Origin: Podarcis vaucheri
Taxonomy: Eukaryota
Length of the DNA stretch: 64,000 bases
Direction: 5' to 3' (one strand)
Assembly: GCA_965113315.1 (NCBI GenBank)
Contig: OZ220370.1
The position numbers and the translations under genes are program-made. The notes under the pieces are model-generated. The model saw nothing but the letters and a program-made list of their open reading frames with translations. It did no database searches and was not told the DNA's origin. Shown here piece by piece: positions 35,065 through 48,484 of the stretch (position 1 is the first letter of the stretch; every line of letters starts with the position of its first letter).

Positions 35065-38018
35065 AGAGGGTTTCCCCTCAGGGAGCTGCATATCAGCTCC
35101 ACATTATACACCAGGTTTCTGCTCTAGGAGTGAGGTACAAGAGAATAATTCAGAATGTGGAACCAAAGGCAGTGTTTTACACAAGTTTCTGCTGTGTTAT
35201 CCTATGCCGAATTCAAGTGGAATGGATTCTGGAAGTGTTAAATGTAAGCAAATATCTTACTGAATAGCCTGGAGGAGGGAGGGAGGGAGGGAGGGGAGAG
35301 AGGAAAAAACCACACCATTTGTTTGTGTCCTATTTATTCTCTAATTTTGCTTCAGGAACTGGCCGGCATCTTGTGCTCTTGTGTTTTTGTTTTCAAACTT
35401 CCCACGGATGCCTGTCATTATCAGGTGCTGGTTACTCAGAGGAAGAAGACAGTCACTTGAGATCATTACAGCAAGCAGATCCCCAACTTCATTCTCACAC
35501 ACCAATGGAGTTCTGGGCAACAAAAGGTATCAGTTAAAAGTTCTTTTAGTGTAAAATTTGGAAGAGATTAAAAGAGGGCAAAAGTTCAAATGAGAGTGAA
35601 CCCACTGCCAAGCAAGCGAAGAATCTTGGCGAAAGGCAGAAGGGAGGGGGGAAGCCATTGGTTTAAAAAGACAAGTAACCATGGCAAGACAGGAACTCCA
35701 TGCTAGAATCTGGGTAACAAGTATGGAGCCACACAGAGCAGCAATTGTTTATTCAAGACATGAGGATACAGTTGTCTCCAATGAGTGTTCTCACAGATCA
35801 CCCCCCCAAAAAAAACCTTGAGTACATTTTTTAAAGACCATCCAGCACTTCTCCACAACCCATTTGGGGCTGGACAAAAGGGAGAGAAAGTACAAAGTTT
35901 ATTCTCAGTGTTCCTTGTGCCTTGAAGACAGCTTTCCAGAAAGGGAGGAGGAACTCTCACACCAGCTGTTAAGCAGGGCATCAGGCTCTTCTGCTGCATC
36001 CATCAAAGGATGCTGTCATTCTGGTTGTGGAGACACTTGAGGCACTGACTGGTCCATCCCCTGGGCTCAAAGGAACCGGAAGCAGAGGGCAAGATGGAGA
36101 GGGAGGGAGAGAGGGTTTCGATTTGCTTTGGAAACGGCTTTTCTGCCACAGTCATCCTTTAGAGAGAAAACAATGGATTGCAGCAGCTAACAGCTGTGGG
36201 AATTATGAGGTTAGGCGGGGAATAAAAATAATGGCAAATCCCAAGCAAAGTAATAATTTACTAAAGAGGGTTCTGCAAATATCAGCAACCCACACCCACA
36301 CACCTGCACGCATTGTACACCTGTTGTCCTACATGCGCAATGAAAGCTCTCTTTGTTCTTGTGTAAATGAAGGAGCATTTTCGCGTACAGCAACCCTGAC
36401 CAAAAGCTATTGACTACACTTGGCATAAGGAGAATTTCCATCAGGTGCCTTAAAATAAAGTGCAGAAGGGAATATTTACTGTCTAATGAAATGCAACTGA
36501 AGGAAAGAAAGGGGTAGATCTACTTACTTAGTTAAAATGAGTCGCTTGGGGTCCATTCCTAAGCCTGGATATTTTCTGATCTCTCAGACATACGGTTATA
36601 TCTAGAGTGAAAATTTTGAACCATGGACATTCTCCTCTTCTCTGTATTCAGAAGAATGCAGCTTCTGATACTGCCTTTGCACAGGCTAATGAAACCATTC
36701 CACTCCTTGCCCTTACCTACATTCTCAACATCGCACATAATTTGATGTCCCGCCCCTTATTCACTTCCCCCACTACATTAAAAGGCCTCCAATTCCTCAC
36801 AAAGGAGTTGTGCTAGCCCCGTGATCATTTTTCTTGGCTTTTTCTGAACCTTTTGGGGCTTGAAGATTTCGTGTACGACCTCCCCATATCCAAACACTGG
36901 TAATCGCCATTCATGCAAGTGCTGATGGAAGCTGTGCATTATTACACTCGTCCCTTGCCGTTTAGGATGGTGACCTTAGTTTCTTCTCCTTGCTCTGCCA
37001 AGAAATATCGCTGAATTTATTGGACATTTACTGCCCAATCTAAAGCACTGGAGCACGCAGCGTGCACACAGAGTTCTATGTGAGCAAGTACATCAATAGC
37101 GTTGACAGGGCTGTGATGCTGATATACACAACAGGAATGGGCTCTACTTGCACAGAATTCTGTACATAGGCTGGAGATCCCATTTATTCCCCAGGGTATT
37201 ATTTTAACTGCATCTCTTCTTCGCAGACTACTGAGCCAATAAGATTTTGCTACATTATATATATATATATTTAAAGCATGAAAACTCTCTTCGTAAAAAA
37301 TGATGCCCTGGCACTCTCCCTCTTCTTCTCGTCCCTTTGCTGAGTTAGCCAAGAAATGAGAATAAGAAAGAGATTTGCATGCAACAACCCGAAGTGAGTT
37401 GCCTTTCCCACTGATTTCCCTTCTTGCAAACAATCCCTGGTGAGCTGACAGCATAAAATGGGAATTTATGATTCCTCATCTGTTTTCTATTTCCATTTTT
37501 GCCCGGTTCTCATGGTAGCTTTTCCTCTTGAATTGCCCTCTGTGTTTTAGAGAGGCCTTTCTTATCCTCAGCCATAGCATCACTGTGCAGACCGTTGTAA
37601 AAGGAATCACAATAAGGAGAAAGGACACACATTTTGGTTATATGGGAAGCGATGCAGCAAGAGCCTTCCATGGAGCATTTTGTTTGTATTTGTGGAGAAG
37701 AGGAGAACAGCTGCAGGAGAAGATGACAAATTTTTATCTTAGGCATATGGACAAAGTAATAATTATGATTCATCTGGAAATTAGAATCTGCAAGAAAGAG
37801 CAAAATAGGAAGGGAAAAGATCGTGTGGGGATTTATTTTATTTTTTTGCAAGAGATGTCATGTAGATATTTATTCCTCTCTTCCTTCAATGTTTGCTGAG
37901 TTTCAGGTACATCCATTAAGGAATTGCATATGACTCTTTAAAACACAATTTTAACAAAACGTTATCTTTCTCTATTGGATAGATCTTTGGATGATTTGCA
38001 TTTAAGGAAAAAGAAAAA

Positions 38019-38386
38019 GAAGTGTTAGTGCTGACCTTTAAAGCCCTAAACGGCCTTGGTCCAGTATACCTGAAGGAGCGTCTCCACCTCCATCGTTCTA
38101 CCCGGACACTGAGGTCCAGCACCGAGAGCCTTCTGGCAGTTCCCTCACTGCGAGAAGCCAAGTTACAGGGAACCAGGCAGAGGGCCTTCTCGGTAGTGGC
38201 GCCCTCCCTGTGGAACGCCCTCCCACCAGATGTCAAAGAGAACAACAACTACCAGACTTTTAGAAGACATCTGAAGGCAGCCCTGTTTAGGGAAGCTTTT
38301 AATGTTTGATGTATTTTAATATTATTTTGGAAGCCGCCCGGAGTGGCTGGGGAAACCCAGCCAGATGGGCGGGGTATAAATAATAA

Positions 38387-38430
<44 letters not shown>
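38019..38430 (+). mobile_element. L2 LINE 3' end, relatively young, with (TTA)n tail
   Basis: Open frame 38022-38309 LVLTFKALNGLGPVYLKERL..RQRAFSVVAPSLWNALP..FRRHLKAALFREAF. Confidence 0.9.
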
Positions 38431-39217
38431 GATCTTTCAATTTTAAAATGTTGTTAATTTAGATGATGAATAAGTTCACAGTTTTCAGTAAAGAAATGTA
38501 CAAGCATACCTTATGCACAAAGTAATTATTGACAGAGTTGTGTCATATGGATAGGAAGGGAAAACCCACACACCCAACTTCTTCCAAAACCCTTTTAAAA
38601 ACCTTCTTTTTGGGGGTAAATGGAGGTTTTTACTGGCTTTGCTGACGGTGAGCAATTATCTTAGCATGAAGTTCTCATTAATTTTGCTAAATCCAAATAT
38701 TTTTGCAAGAGGGCTTGTCTCAGAGCTTTAATTCGCCCTTTCTAATAATAAGCAGTGATGTGTTTTTGCTGCATGTGAGCCACCTGAGGCGAGAGAAAGC
38801 TTTGACATTGCTGCCCCTGCTAGAAGGAAGTGGGGAACCGTGGGCTGATCTGGTGGTTTTTCTGAAGACTTCCTGCTTTGGCATACAGCTGAACCTATTC
38901 CTGTGGAAAGATCTGGCACATACATTACCCCAAATTTCATCTTACCAACTGAGCTACCCTAAACAAGTCATTCTTTCGTATATTTAAAAAAAAGCCTATC
39001 GCACAACACCTACAGCATAATGTTGCATTTTCTCATATATTTAATCCAGTGGTCTTGGGTGTTTAGCACTTGCTCAGTTACGTAAAACTGGATTTTTACG
39101 TCAAGACCTTTTCTGTTGGCTTAGATGCCTTTATTACCTCCCCAACCCACAATTTCTGTAAGACAGGGCTAAAGAAGCCATGTTCCTCCAAATGTTGCTG
39201 GCTTGCATCTTTCATTA

Positions 39218-39578
39218 AAGGTACCCCTGACCATTAGGTCCAGTCGCGGACGACTCTGGGGTTGCGGCACTCATTTCGCTCTATAGGCCGAGGGAGCCTG
39301 CTTTTGTCCACAGACAGCTTCCAGGTCATGTGGCCAGCATGACTAAGCCGCTTCTGGAGAACCAGAGCAGCGCATGGAAATGCTGTTTACCTTGCCACCG
39401 GAGTGGTACCTATTTATCTACTTGCACTTTGGACTTTGGCGTGCTTTTGAACTGCTAGGTGGGCAGGAGCTGGGACCGAACAATGGGAACTTACCCCGAC
39501 GCGGGGATTCGAACCACTGACCTTCTGATCGGCAAGTCTTAGGCTCTGTGGTTTAGACCACAGTGCCACCCGTGTCCC
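39218..39578 (-). mobile_element. Sauria SINE, full length, inserted in a degenerate hAT MITE
   Basis: 13-bp TSD GCATCTTTCATTA at 39205-39217 and 39579-39591; SINE head and tail as in the other copies. Confidence 0.92.
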
Positions 39579-41534
39579 GCATCTTTCATTACCCTTATTT
39601 ATTTATTTTGTTAGTTTTATCAATAATTACAGCCAACTGCAAATGTTCTGAGTTTAAACAGAGCACAATAGTTGTTGGTTTATTTATTTTTAAATGAAGT
39701 CAGTTATGTCAATTCGGGTTACATTATGAAACTCCCGCTATTATTGACCATTGGCTATGCTGGCTGGGACCAATGGAGTCCAGTAACACCTGCAGGGCCA
39801 CAGTGGTGAGGAACCTCAAGCTCGTTCTGTTCTGGGCACTCACATTCCACTCATTTCAATGAGGCCAACAACTCATGTGCTGCACATGTTGGGCTCCCCA
39901 GTACTGAAGGTAAATGGGACAACTTTTGCAGGCAAACAAGATCCACGAACACATCGGCCCTCTTCACCTTCATCCAACTGAAGGATTGATTCACACACAT
40001 TTTGTTTAATATTCTAACTTTCAATCTTGCAGAGAAAACATTTTTAAAAATAATTCTGGCTGGCTTCTTCATAACCTGATGCCAAAAGGATTAATGACTG
40101 GCAAATGTACCCTTGCCAAGAAAATATGCATTTACAGAATCTTTACAAAAATATCGTATTCATGTTGCAGTTATTTATTTCCGCTGGCAACCAGGAGAAC
40201 ATCTGCCAGACTCCAATTGAAGGCCAGAACATTTGCTTGTCCGTTGACATTAGTAGAGTTTGAATTGTTTTTGTTCTTCTTTTTTTAGTATTCGTTTGTA
40301 CATGATGCTTCCAGTATTGATCCTGGAGGAAAGGGGCAGATGCTAGGAAATGTCAAACTCTACCGAATCATTCTAAAAATTGAAATGTTGCGCTATTTCC
40401 CGAAATGTGATATGCAGGAAGTGAGCTGGCATAGGAGTGTGTGGTGGGCTTTTGATTTAAAGTCAAGGATCAGCTTAGTCATACCCATGTCGTAGTTCTA
40501 TCTCAGTATTTGTTCCCTTTTGCATAGGAACAATAGAGAGGCACATCATTATGTAATCTAATTGATATCCCTATGGAGCGGCTTATGAAGTAAGCACATT
40601 CTCAGCATGCCAGTTTGACTGCCTTGAATTAGTCTTATAGATGTCAGAGTAGTATTTTGCTTTCTGATGCCCACGAAATATGGATAAGGATCTCTGCAAC
40701 ACACACACATACACACAAACGAAATCTTAGTGTTTCCTTAACAATTCATTTGCAATTATTCATTTCTTACATGAACTATTTTCCCAATTGCATTTTTTAA
40801 AAAAATGCAATTATTAAATTATTCACTGCCATCGGGTTGGACTGCCATGAAAACAACATGTCCCCCAAGCAAAGTCGCTATTGGACCTTGACATTTGGAA
40901 ATGCTTTTCTCTAAATTGTTAACAAACATATTATGTGCCTGCATTCTTTAGCATTCTTCCATTAATGAGATTATAAAATGCTACTATTCCAGCCCTTTGT
41001 GTGATATTGCAGGTTTTCCTCCCTTCCTCCCCTCACCCTGGTCTATTCCAAAGTGGTGATACCAGTAGGGGGTCCTCATTAAAATTCACTGTAATACATG
41101 CATGTTTGCCCCCTTAGCCAATCCATAAATTACAGTACGTACGGATGGGGTGGGGGGCCGGGTGCGACAAAATTCTCTTAATGTTTTTTGCCAGCAATAA
41201 TCCTGGTTCAGGATTCCGAACTGTTCATACCAGTCCAGAAGTGGTTCTATATACATCGACTGTCTCTAGAGAGATACTCCTGATTCTATTGTTAAAAGTC
41301 ATGAATGATTATCAAGGAGGAAGATTTTATTTTTAGTTAAGATATCGCTTAGGTTCTACCTTGTGCCATGTCAGAATAATACTTCATATTCATTTACAGG
41401 AGCATCTGGCCAAACAATAGATTGAGCATTTGAGTCAAACAATATGTTTGCATCAGTAGATAATATAATGCATTATCACACAAGGCAGAGAGGAGCAATT
41501 TATTAGCCTAATGTAAAATACCCTTCAGCTACAG

Positions 41535-41595
41535 AAAAGAGAAGAGAAGAGAAAAGAAAAGAAAAGAAAAGAAAAGAAAAGAAAAGAAAAGAAAA
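41535..41595. repeat. (GAGAA/GAAAA)n pentanucleotide repeat
   Basis: Direct tandem array. Confidence 0.95.
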
Positions 41596-42926
41596 GGCAT
41601 CTTCATTTGTAGATCTGGAAGTGGCAAGACCATCATTCCTTGATAAAATGCGAAGGTTTGGGTTGTGACATGGTTCTTCACTTTACCACAGCTATTCTCT
41701 CTTTATAAAACCCCTTTTTAAAAATGTGTTGTCAGTCCTCCCTAAGAAAGAAAACGGAAATGAATGAGAAGTTCAAAATCAATCCAAGCGCATCTCTAGT
41801 GATTCAAAAGGTGAGGTCATTGTGAGTGGAAATTTGAAGGAAACTGCCCCGGAATGCAAGTAGGAGTGACCTTTCTTTTGCATTAAATTTGTGATTTGAA
41901 TGAAAGGACTGCTCAGAATGCCTTAGCAAAGACTTGGGGAAGTGCGGAGAGCAAGAGGCTGTACTGGAAAAGACATCTTTACATGTACCTCAGGCATTCC
42001 ACCCCCCCTTTTTTCCACAGGAAGAGCTTGGCCAATATAAGTAAAAAGGGAATAATCACACTCCTCTGACTGCATAAGAATATTTATGGTTTCTTTCCCA
42101 AACAGAAAATAAACCAGCATGGAGATAGTGGGGAGGTTGTCTTTTGGTGGCAGGCTATTGTAACATCACACACACTAGATCACTATAGTTTTTGCCTAAA
42201 GCAATTTTCATCTGAGGAACACAAGGTGTTTCTGGCTGGGGGGAAAGTGTGGTGGTGGAAATACACATGTGTGCACTCTGTACATGCTCAGAGAAGCTAA
42301 TCCCACCATATTACCAGGTAGGACCTTAAGCTGGGCAGCAGCCCTCCTTCTGTTCTCCTCCAACCTCTGCTCAATCCTGCCAGCTGCTCAAGACTCACCC
42401 ACCAATACCACTGGCTCCAATCTGCACTGCGGATCTTTAAGGCCCATGCCCCCACCTCACGTCTCTCTGCCTCCGGCTCCCAGTGGTCCCATGGGAAATG
42501 ACATCATTGGACTTCACAGCCAATCTCGGAGTTGGCTGCCAAGTTGCAAGAGGCAGAGAGGCAGGATCCATGCGGATCGGATCTGAAGCAGCTACCTTGG
42601 AGAGTCCAGTCCACCACGCAGACAGCAAGTGAGCCGCAGGCCCCGTGTGGCCTCCACAATCTCTGGCTGCCGCCACTCTCACTCGCTGGAAGGGCAATGC
42701 TGTGAGGCGGAACAAAGCCTTGAAATCAGGACACCCCAGCAAAATTGGGGCAGTTGCGGAGTATGTGCCATGTGACCTCTCCTTCAAAGCAAGCCAAACT
42801 GGATAGCCCCTTGAACATCTCACTTGTATGAGAAACTGGGGAACGCATAACAATACAGATGTAATGCATGTTTCATTATTTGCTCAAACACACCAGTGCC
42901 CAAAGAGTGGACATAGGTGGAGGCGC

Positions 42927-43390
42927 ATCATCATCATCATCATCATTCTTTTGTACCCTGTCCATCTGGCTGGGTTGCCCCAGTCACTCTGAGAGGCTTC
43001 GAACATATATACAGTGGAACCCTTGGTAATGTAACTTTCAGGCTGGAAGCGTGACAAACCTGGAAGTGTACACTTCCGGGTTTCACCATGCATGCATGCG
43101 CAGAAGAGCTCTGCACGCTTCATACATGTGCAGAAGAGCTCTATCATGTCACGCACATGTGCAGAAGTGGCGCCTCTAGATGCGGACTTTTCGTGGTACG
43201 TACAGACCTCGGGAACAAATTAAGTTCGTATCCAGAGGGTCCACTGTAAAAACATAACAAAACATTAAATATTCAAAAGCTTCCCTGTACAGGGTTGCCT
43301 TTAGATGTCTTTGATATCTCATCTCTTTGATATCTGATGGGTGGGCGTTCCACAGGGTGTGCGCCACTACTGATAATGCCTTCTGCAAGC
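42927..43390 (-). mobile_element. L2 3' end interrupted by a MITE
   Basis: QKALSVVAHTLWNAHP..LKATLYREAF on the minus strand; (ATC)n tail at 42927-42945. Confidence 0.8.
43012..43246. mobile_element. Mariner-type MITE, related subfamily
   Basis: TA|CAGTGGAACCCT ... AGGGTCCACTG|TA; internal GCATG(C/T)GCAGAAG repeats. Confidence 0.8.
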
Positions 43391-45939
43391 CATGCTCCCA
43401 GTGGCCTCATTGTTCCTGCTCAACTCAGGTGTCAACTGTATTTGTTTTGTGGGAAGGGTTTGCATGAGTTGTCTACTTTTGTTTGTAGAGGGTCCAACCT
43501 GTATTCCAGTTAAGCCAGGTGGAATACCCACGCAGATCTTCAACATGCTACACAGAGGATTTGTGAGGGATGCCCACAAGGACATGGGAGTCTGCATCCG
43601 TCGGTGCGCTCAAGCTAATGGTCAAATGGACCATTGCTAAGTTCAGATACAGGGAGGAAGCAGATAATTCCAGCTCTGTTCCCTGTGTTGCTGGCACTGG
43701 TGGACTCACAGTCCCTTTAAGTGCCTTCTGCAGGCTTGGTAGGGTGGCCTTGCACTCTGCCCACCAGACAATGGGCACCAGCTGTAATATATGAACCACA
43801 GCCAAGGCTTCAGACAACTCTCTAGTCAGCCAAATATTTGATAATCAAGCTGGGCAGCTACATAGGTTGCCTCACTATTAAGGCTGGCGCCTGGTTAAGG
43901 ACATTCTAGACAATTAATCACATGCATTTTAATCAATTAATTGGCTCAATCTGCATAGGAGTTGTTCTGAAGAAAGGTGGACTGCCTTTGTATTTAGGTT
44001 GTTAACAAGCCATTACTGTTTTAAAAAAGAACAGCGACATTTGGTTAGTCTTCTGTGCCCTGAGTTTCAAGCACACTAAATAGCTCAAATCTGTGGTGCC
44101 AAAAGTTCTTTTTTTCGAGGGGGGTGTGTGTGTGCGTGAAAATGGCACATCCTTCCACCCTCTACAGCTGCCAATGCTACTGTGCTTCTTATCTGGGGCA
44201 ATTCCTGTCCTCCCAAACTTTGCTGCTGCTGCTGGTGCCCTTTCTAGACAGGGCAATTCTTGTCTGCCCACCTTCCACTGCAGGAACAGGGAACCTCAGA
44301 CCAGATGCCTTTCTCTCTGGCTCGCAGAACTCTCTCCCTCTCTTCTAAGGCCACACCCTTCACGCCTGTTTCCCCCTGGCTGGGATGTGTCTTTAATACC
44401 TCTTCTATCCCTGGCTGGAGAATAGAGAGGGGTGTGTGACAAAATTAGCCTGCAGTACCAAAACAAAATTTACATCCATTGTTTTGCCCAGTTTTGCCTA
44501 TGATCCCACCCACCACTGCCATGTGGCCCCTGGAAGACTGCCCAGGAGAGAATGCGGCCCTCGAGCTCCCCATCCCTGCTCTCCTGGTGCCCCTTCCCAG
44601 CTCAGCAGCATCTCTAAGATTTCCGGGCTCTGGCGCATGGGACTGCACCTTAAGGCCTAGCTACCTGTGACATTAAAGATGCGATTAGCAATCTTGCCGC
44701 AGGTTTAAAAGAAATAAAATGCTGTGGGGGTGGGGGGGTGCAGTGGCATAGCATGGGGGGGGGCAAGCAGGGGCTGTTACCCCATGCGCAAAATTGTTAG
44801 GAGCAGCAAAATTTCAACACCTGGTGCTGCCTCAATACAGCTGTACGCTTCTGTTGCTAGGCTTTATTGAAAATGGTTTTTCCATGTGAATCAGGAAGTG
44901 GCCTCTCCAGAGAATGGAACTACTCTTCTTTTCTTATCTCTGTGGCTGCAATCACCTGGGTGATATAGAGCCTGCTAGGCAGTTGAATACACATGATTGT
45001 TCCATCCATTTCTCACCCACCTCCTCTGCGTGGCCCTGGGCACTGGCAACCCATGCTATGCCACTGGGTGGTGGTGTTATTGGCCTGTGGGGAGAGCAGG
45101 TTTAAACCTTCCCTTCTCATTGGTAATCTTGGTAAAAATCAGCCCCATATGGTGATTGGCATTAAGGAAAAAACTCCCATTAGTAGCCTAATTATGGTGC
45201 AAGAGGACTTTTGGTCCGTCTTCCCTGCATGGTGGCAATACTGGCCCCTGTCGAAGTCTCCAATTTAAGTTTTTAAAACCTCCCATGCGACTGCTAATCA
45301 CATCATTGACTTGACTTCTAGTTATGCCTTGACTTTTCAGGTAATGAATCCTCGGCTCAATCCAGAGCTGGGCTGACCCCTTGGCAGTTTCATAAAGATG
45401 TCTAATCCTGTGAACTGGATGAGAATGCTATTGTGCCTCTGAACTGGGGAAATGCTGATCCAGTGGAAAGTACGAACGAACAAACCTCTGTTACTGCTCT
45501 TGTAAAAGCCAGAAAAGAAGAAAGGAAGGTTGGGTATTGTTGTTGGTTTTTTTTAAAAAAAATGTTAGAAAACCTTTAAAATAAGTGTCAAGCTAAAACG
45601 GTGAGAGTTTGGGAATCCTTTGTAGCCCTGAACAATTTCATCGGAGTGATGTTGGGGAAAACAGGACTCTTTCCTCATTCATCCTCTGTGGCGCCAGCCC
45701 TGTGTTCAAGGCAGCAGGGCAGAGATTTCAATGTCAGATGGCCTCAAAAGCAAGTAGCTTTCTTTTCTTTTCTTTTTTTAAAGGTGTCTGGAAAGCTTCG
45801 GAACATCTGAAAGAATGAAAAAGAAAGACAAAAAGAAGAGAAGGTGCTTGAATTAAAGCTGCCTTCGGGCACTCGCAAGTTCTGGGTTGGTGGGTTTTAC
45901 AAGACTACTTACTATGCTATTCAATTAAAAAAAAGAGCA

Positions 45940-45953
45940 GTTACCATAGCAAC
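45940..45953. promoter_or_regulatory. Consensus RFX X-box
   Basis: GTTACCATAGCAAC fits GTNRCC-N-RGYAAC in non-repetitive DNA; function not shown. Confidence 0.5.
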
Positions 45954-46682
45954 ACCCACATCTAATGGCTCTTATGCTACCTCCGAGATACAAAGCACCT
46001 TCTTACAGCGATGCATTGACCAATACAACACCGTTGTGAAAAGTTTTATGCGCCTAGCAATGTTTTAAAGGCAAAAGATACATGCTCCAACAGCCAGACG
46101 TACTTATGTCCCCAGGTTGCAATATCCATTTATAACAAATTGTTTTCATTTCTTTGTTATCTATTTATTTGCTTGCCATTTTCTTTTAAATGGATTTCCT
46201 TAAAATGAGCACGTGCAACTGTTTCTTTAAAGTGGGAAAAGGTTCACATTGGGGAGATTGACGGAAAAACCCTGGGCAGGTTTCTTCATAAGTAATTCCC
46301 ACTGTGTCCAATGTAGGGGTTACAATGCACCCTAGTTACCATCTGGGGGAGAGGGCAGGGATCCCCCAAAATCCACAGCAGCTGTGCCCACACGCCGCAC
46401 GACATGCTCACCTTAATTGTACAGCCTGTGTGGCATGCCCGTGGCATGGCGCATGCCAGCATGTCGTGCAATGTGCACGACTGATACCAGCACGTTGCAC
46501 AACGCAAGCACATCACACGCTGTGTGCGCAGGATATCGGTACATTGTGTACGTGCTGACATCACTCACGTACGTTGCATGGCGCTGGCCCCCTCAATTGT
46601 GGGGGCAAGGCAGCATGCTGGCAATATAGTAGCCACAATGGGTGTGCTCAGACTGTGTCAGAATGTGTCTGAATAGAAGTTG

Positions 46683-46812
46683 CAGGAGGGGAGACTGCTC
46701 TTGTGCTCTGGTCCTGCTTGAGCATTTCCCATAGGCAACTGGTTAGCCACTGTGAGAACAGGATCTTGGGCTAAGATGGACCATTGGCCTGATCAACAGA
46801 CTCTTCTAATGT
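46683..46812 (+). mobile_element. CR1-type 3' tail (CR1 or CR1-mobilised SINE)
   Basis: GGCAACTGGTTAGCCACTGTGAGAACAGGAT..GATGGACCATTGGCCTGATC is a typical squamate CR1/SINE terminus. Confidence 0.6.
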
Positions 46813-47343
46813 GGCTTCCTCCCTAACGCAGCAGATGAGGTCAAGCAGTGATGCTCTCCCCACCCCCTGCCCGATGCTCACCACATGATTGGCTATTAAT
46901 CCTGTGGCTGCTACCAGCACCACCAGTCACCTAATAAGGTGAGTCTCTGCTACCCAGTGGTGGAACATATGCCCACATTGCCCAGGACAGGCGAGTTCCT
47001 GAGCGGGTCATGGTGTGGTGCGGCGTGGAGGGTGCCCTCCCAGGCATGGGATAGATACTTGCTTGCATGCAAGTAGGAGTTGGGATCAGGGCTGCTCCGA
47101 TAGGCAGCATGAAGCCTCCCTTCACAGCTTAATTGCTGGGGTCAGGGAAGGTGGAGGCAGACCGGAAGCTGCATCTTTGAGCCCCTGCACCACCATCATA
47201 TGGGGACTTCCAGCGAGGCAAAATTGGACGCCATGGCAGTGGGCAGCTCCTGAAGCCAGCCAGAGCCAACTGCGCTACCAGGCTGGCTCCGGGCTGCTCA
47301 GACTGCTACTGCCATGTTTCCCAGGGACCTTAGATGAAATCCA

Positions 47344-47430
47344 AGGACATTCCGGGTATGGAATTTGTCTGGGGACAGGTTCACAAATACGGGGACTGTC
47401 CCCGGGAAACGGGGACATCTGGTAACCCTA
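47344..47430. mobile_element. End of a TAGGGTTACCAG-terminal DNA-transposon derivative
   Basis: GGGAC repeats ending ATCTGGTAACCCTA; the GC-rich body probably extends left. Confidence 0.55.
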
Positions 47431-48484
47431 GGATAAGAGGGTCCTTCAGAATGACTCATTGCACAGGCTCCTGCTAGCACAACTATTTAGTTAAATCTGG
47501 CCCATAGGAAAGGAGCCCCTTAATCCTTTCCCTGAACTGGGCCATTTCTGTACAGTTCTATCAAAAACGTTGATAATGCTTGAAACATTTGAACCTGAAA
47601 AGCCCAAACAGAAATACAAAGGGGTTGAATGGCATACTTAAAATTCAAACGCTCGCTAAAATTATCATTTGCATTAATGTATTCTGAAATATGAATTATT
47701 AAGTGATTTGCATTGGCACAACAAAAGCCAGTTTAGAGAACCAGGTTTACCCTGAAGCATTTGCCACCCTTTCTTCCCCCTCTATTGTAAACACTGCTAA
47801 ATATGTAAAGAGATTTCCCCCCCAATTGCAAAAATATGTACACAATACCTGCACAGAGAATGCTTTTTAAAAATACTTCTCAAATGATCACATTCAAGTA
47901 TTTGCTTCTGTTCAAATCTTTTCATGGTCTACACTTTCAACACTTTTGTATTTTGTATCCTTTCAACAACAACAAAACCCAGCCACCTCCATTTTGCCCT
48001 TTATCTCAGCAATTCCATTTTATCACCCAGTTTTTAAAAATATGCATTGTTTTAGAGGTCAAGGAAATGACCTGCTAGATGGAAGAAAGAACATTATCCC
48101 TCTCATTCTTTCTGTCTCTTTCTCTCCTTACTTTTCTTTTTCTGAGAAAGGGAGAGCAGAAAAGAGAGAGATAGTTGGCAGTGGTCTACTCTTCAAAAGT
48201 TTACCTTCACCACTAGGTTACCTGGGCAGAAGGTAGACCAGGATCTCAGGGTGATTTTCAGCAGGCGCGCAAAAGTTTTTGATTCCCATTGCTTTAACAA
48301 TATCAGAAACAAAACACACACACCCTAAAATTAGGCTGCTGAACTGAAGAAAACTAACTAGGAATGGTTTTCTGTGGGATAGGTCTGAGTTCAGCTCAGT
48401 TCCGATACTGAAAACTTAACTGTAGGTTCAGCATATACTCAGATGCACCCCTTTCTGTCATCTTAACGTTTGCATCTGGCTCTC

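Noticed and set aside
35356-35527. Possible + strand exon (TTTTGCTTCAG ... AAG/GTATCA)
   Set aside because: Weak donor, no recognisable protein, and no partner exons; needs RNA-seq.
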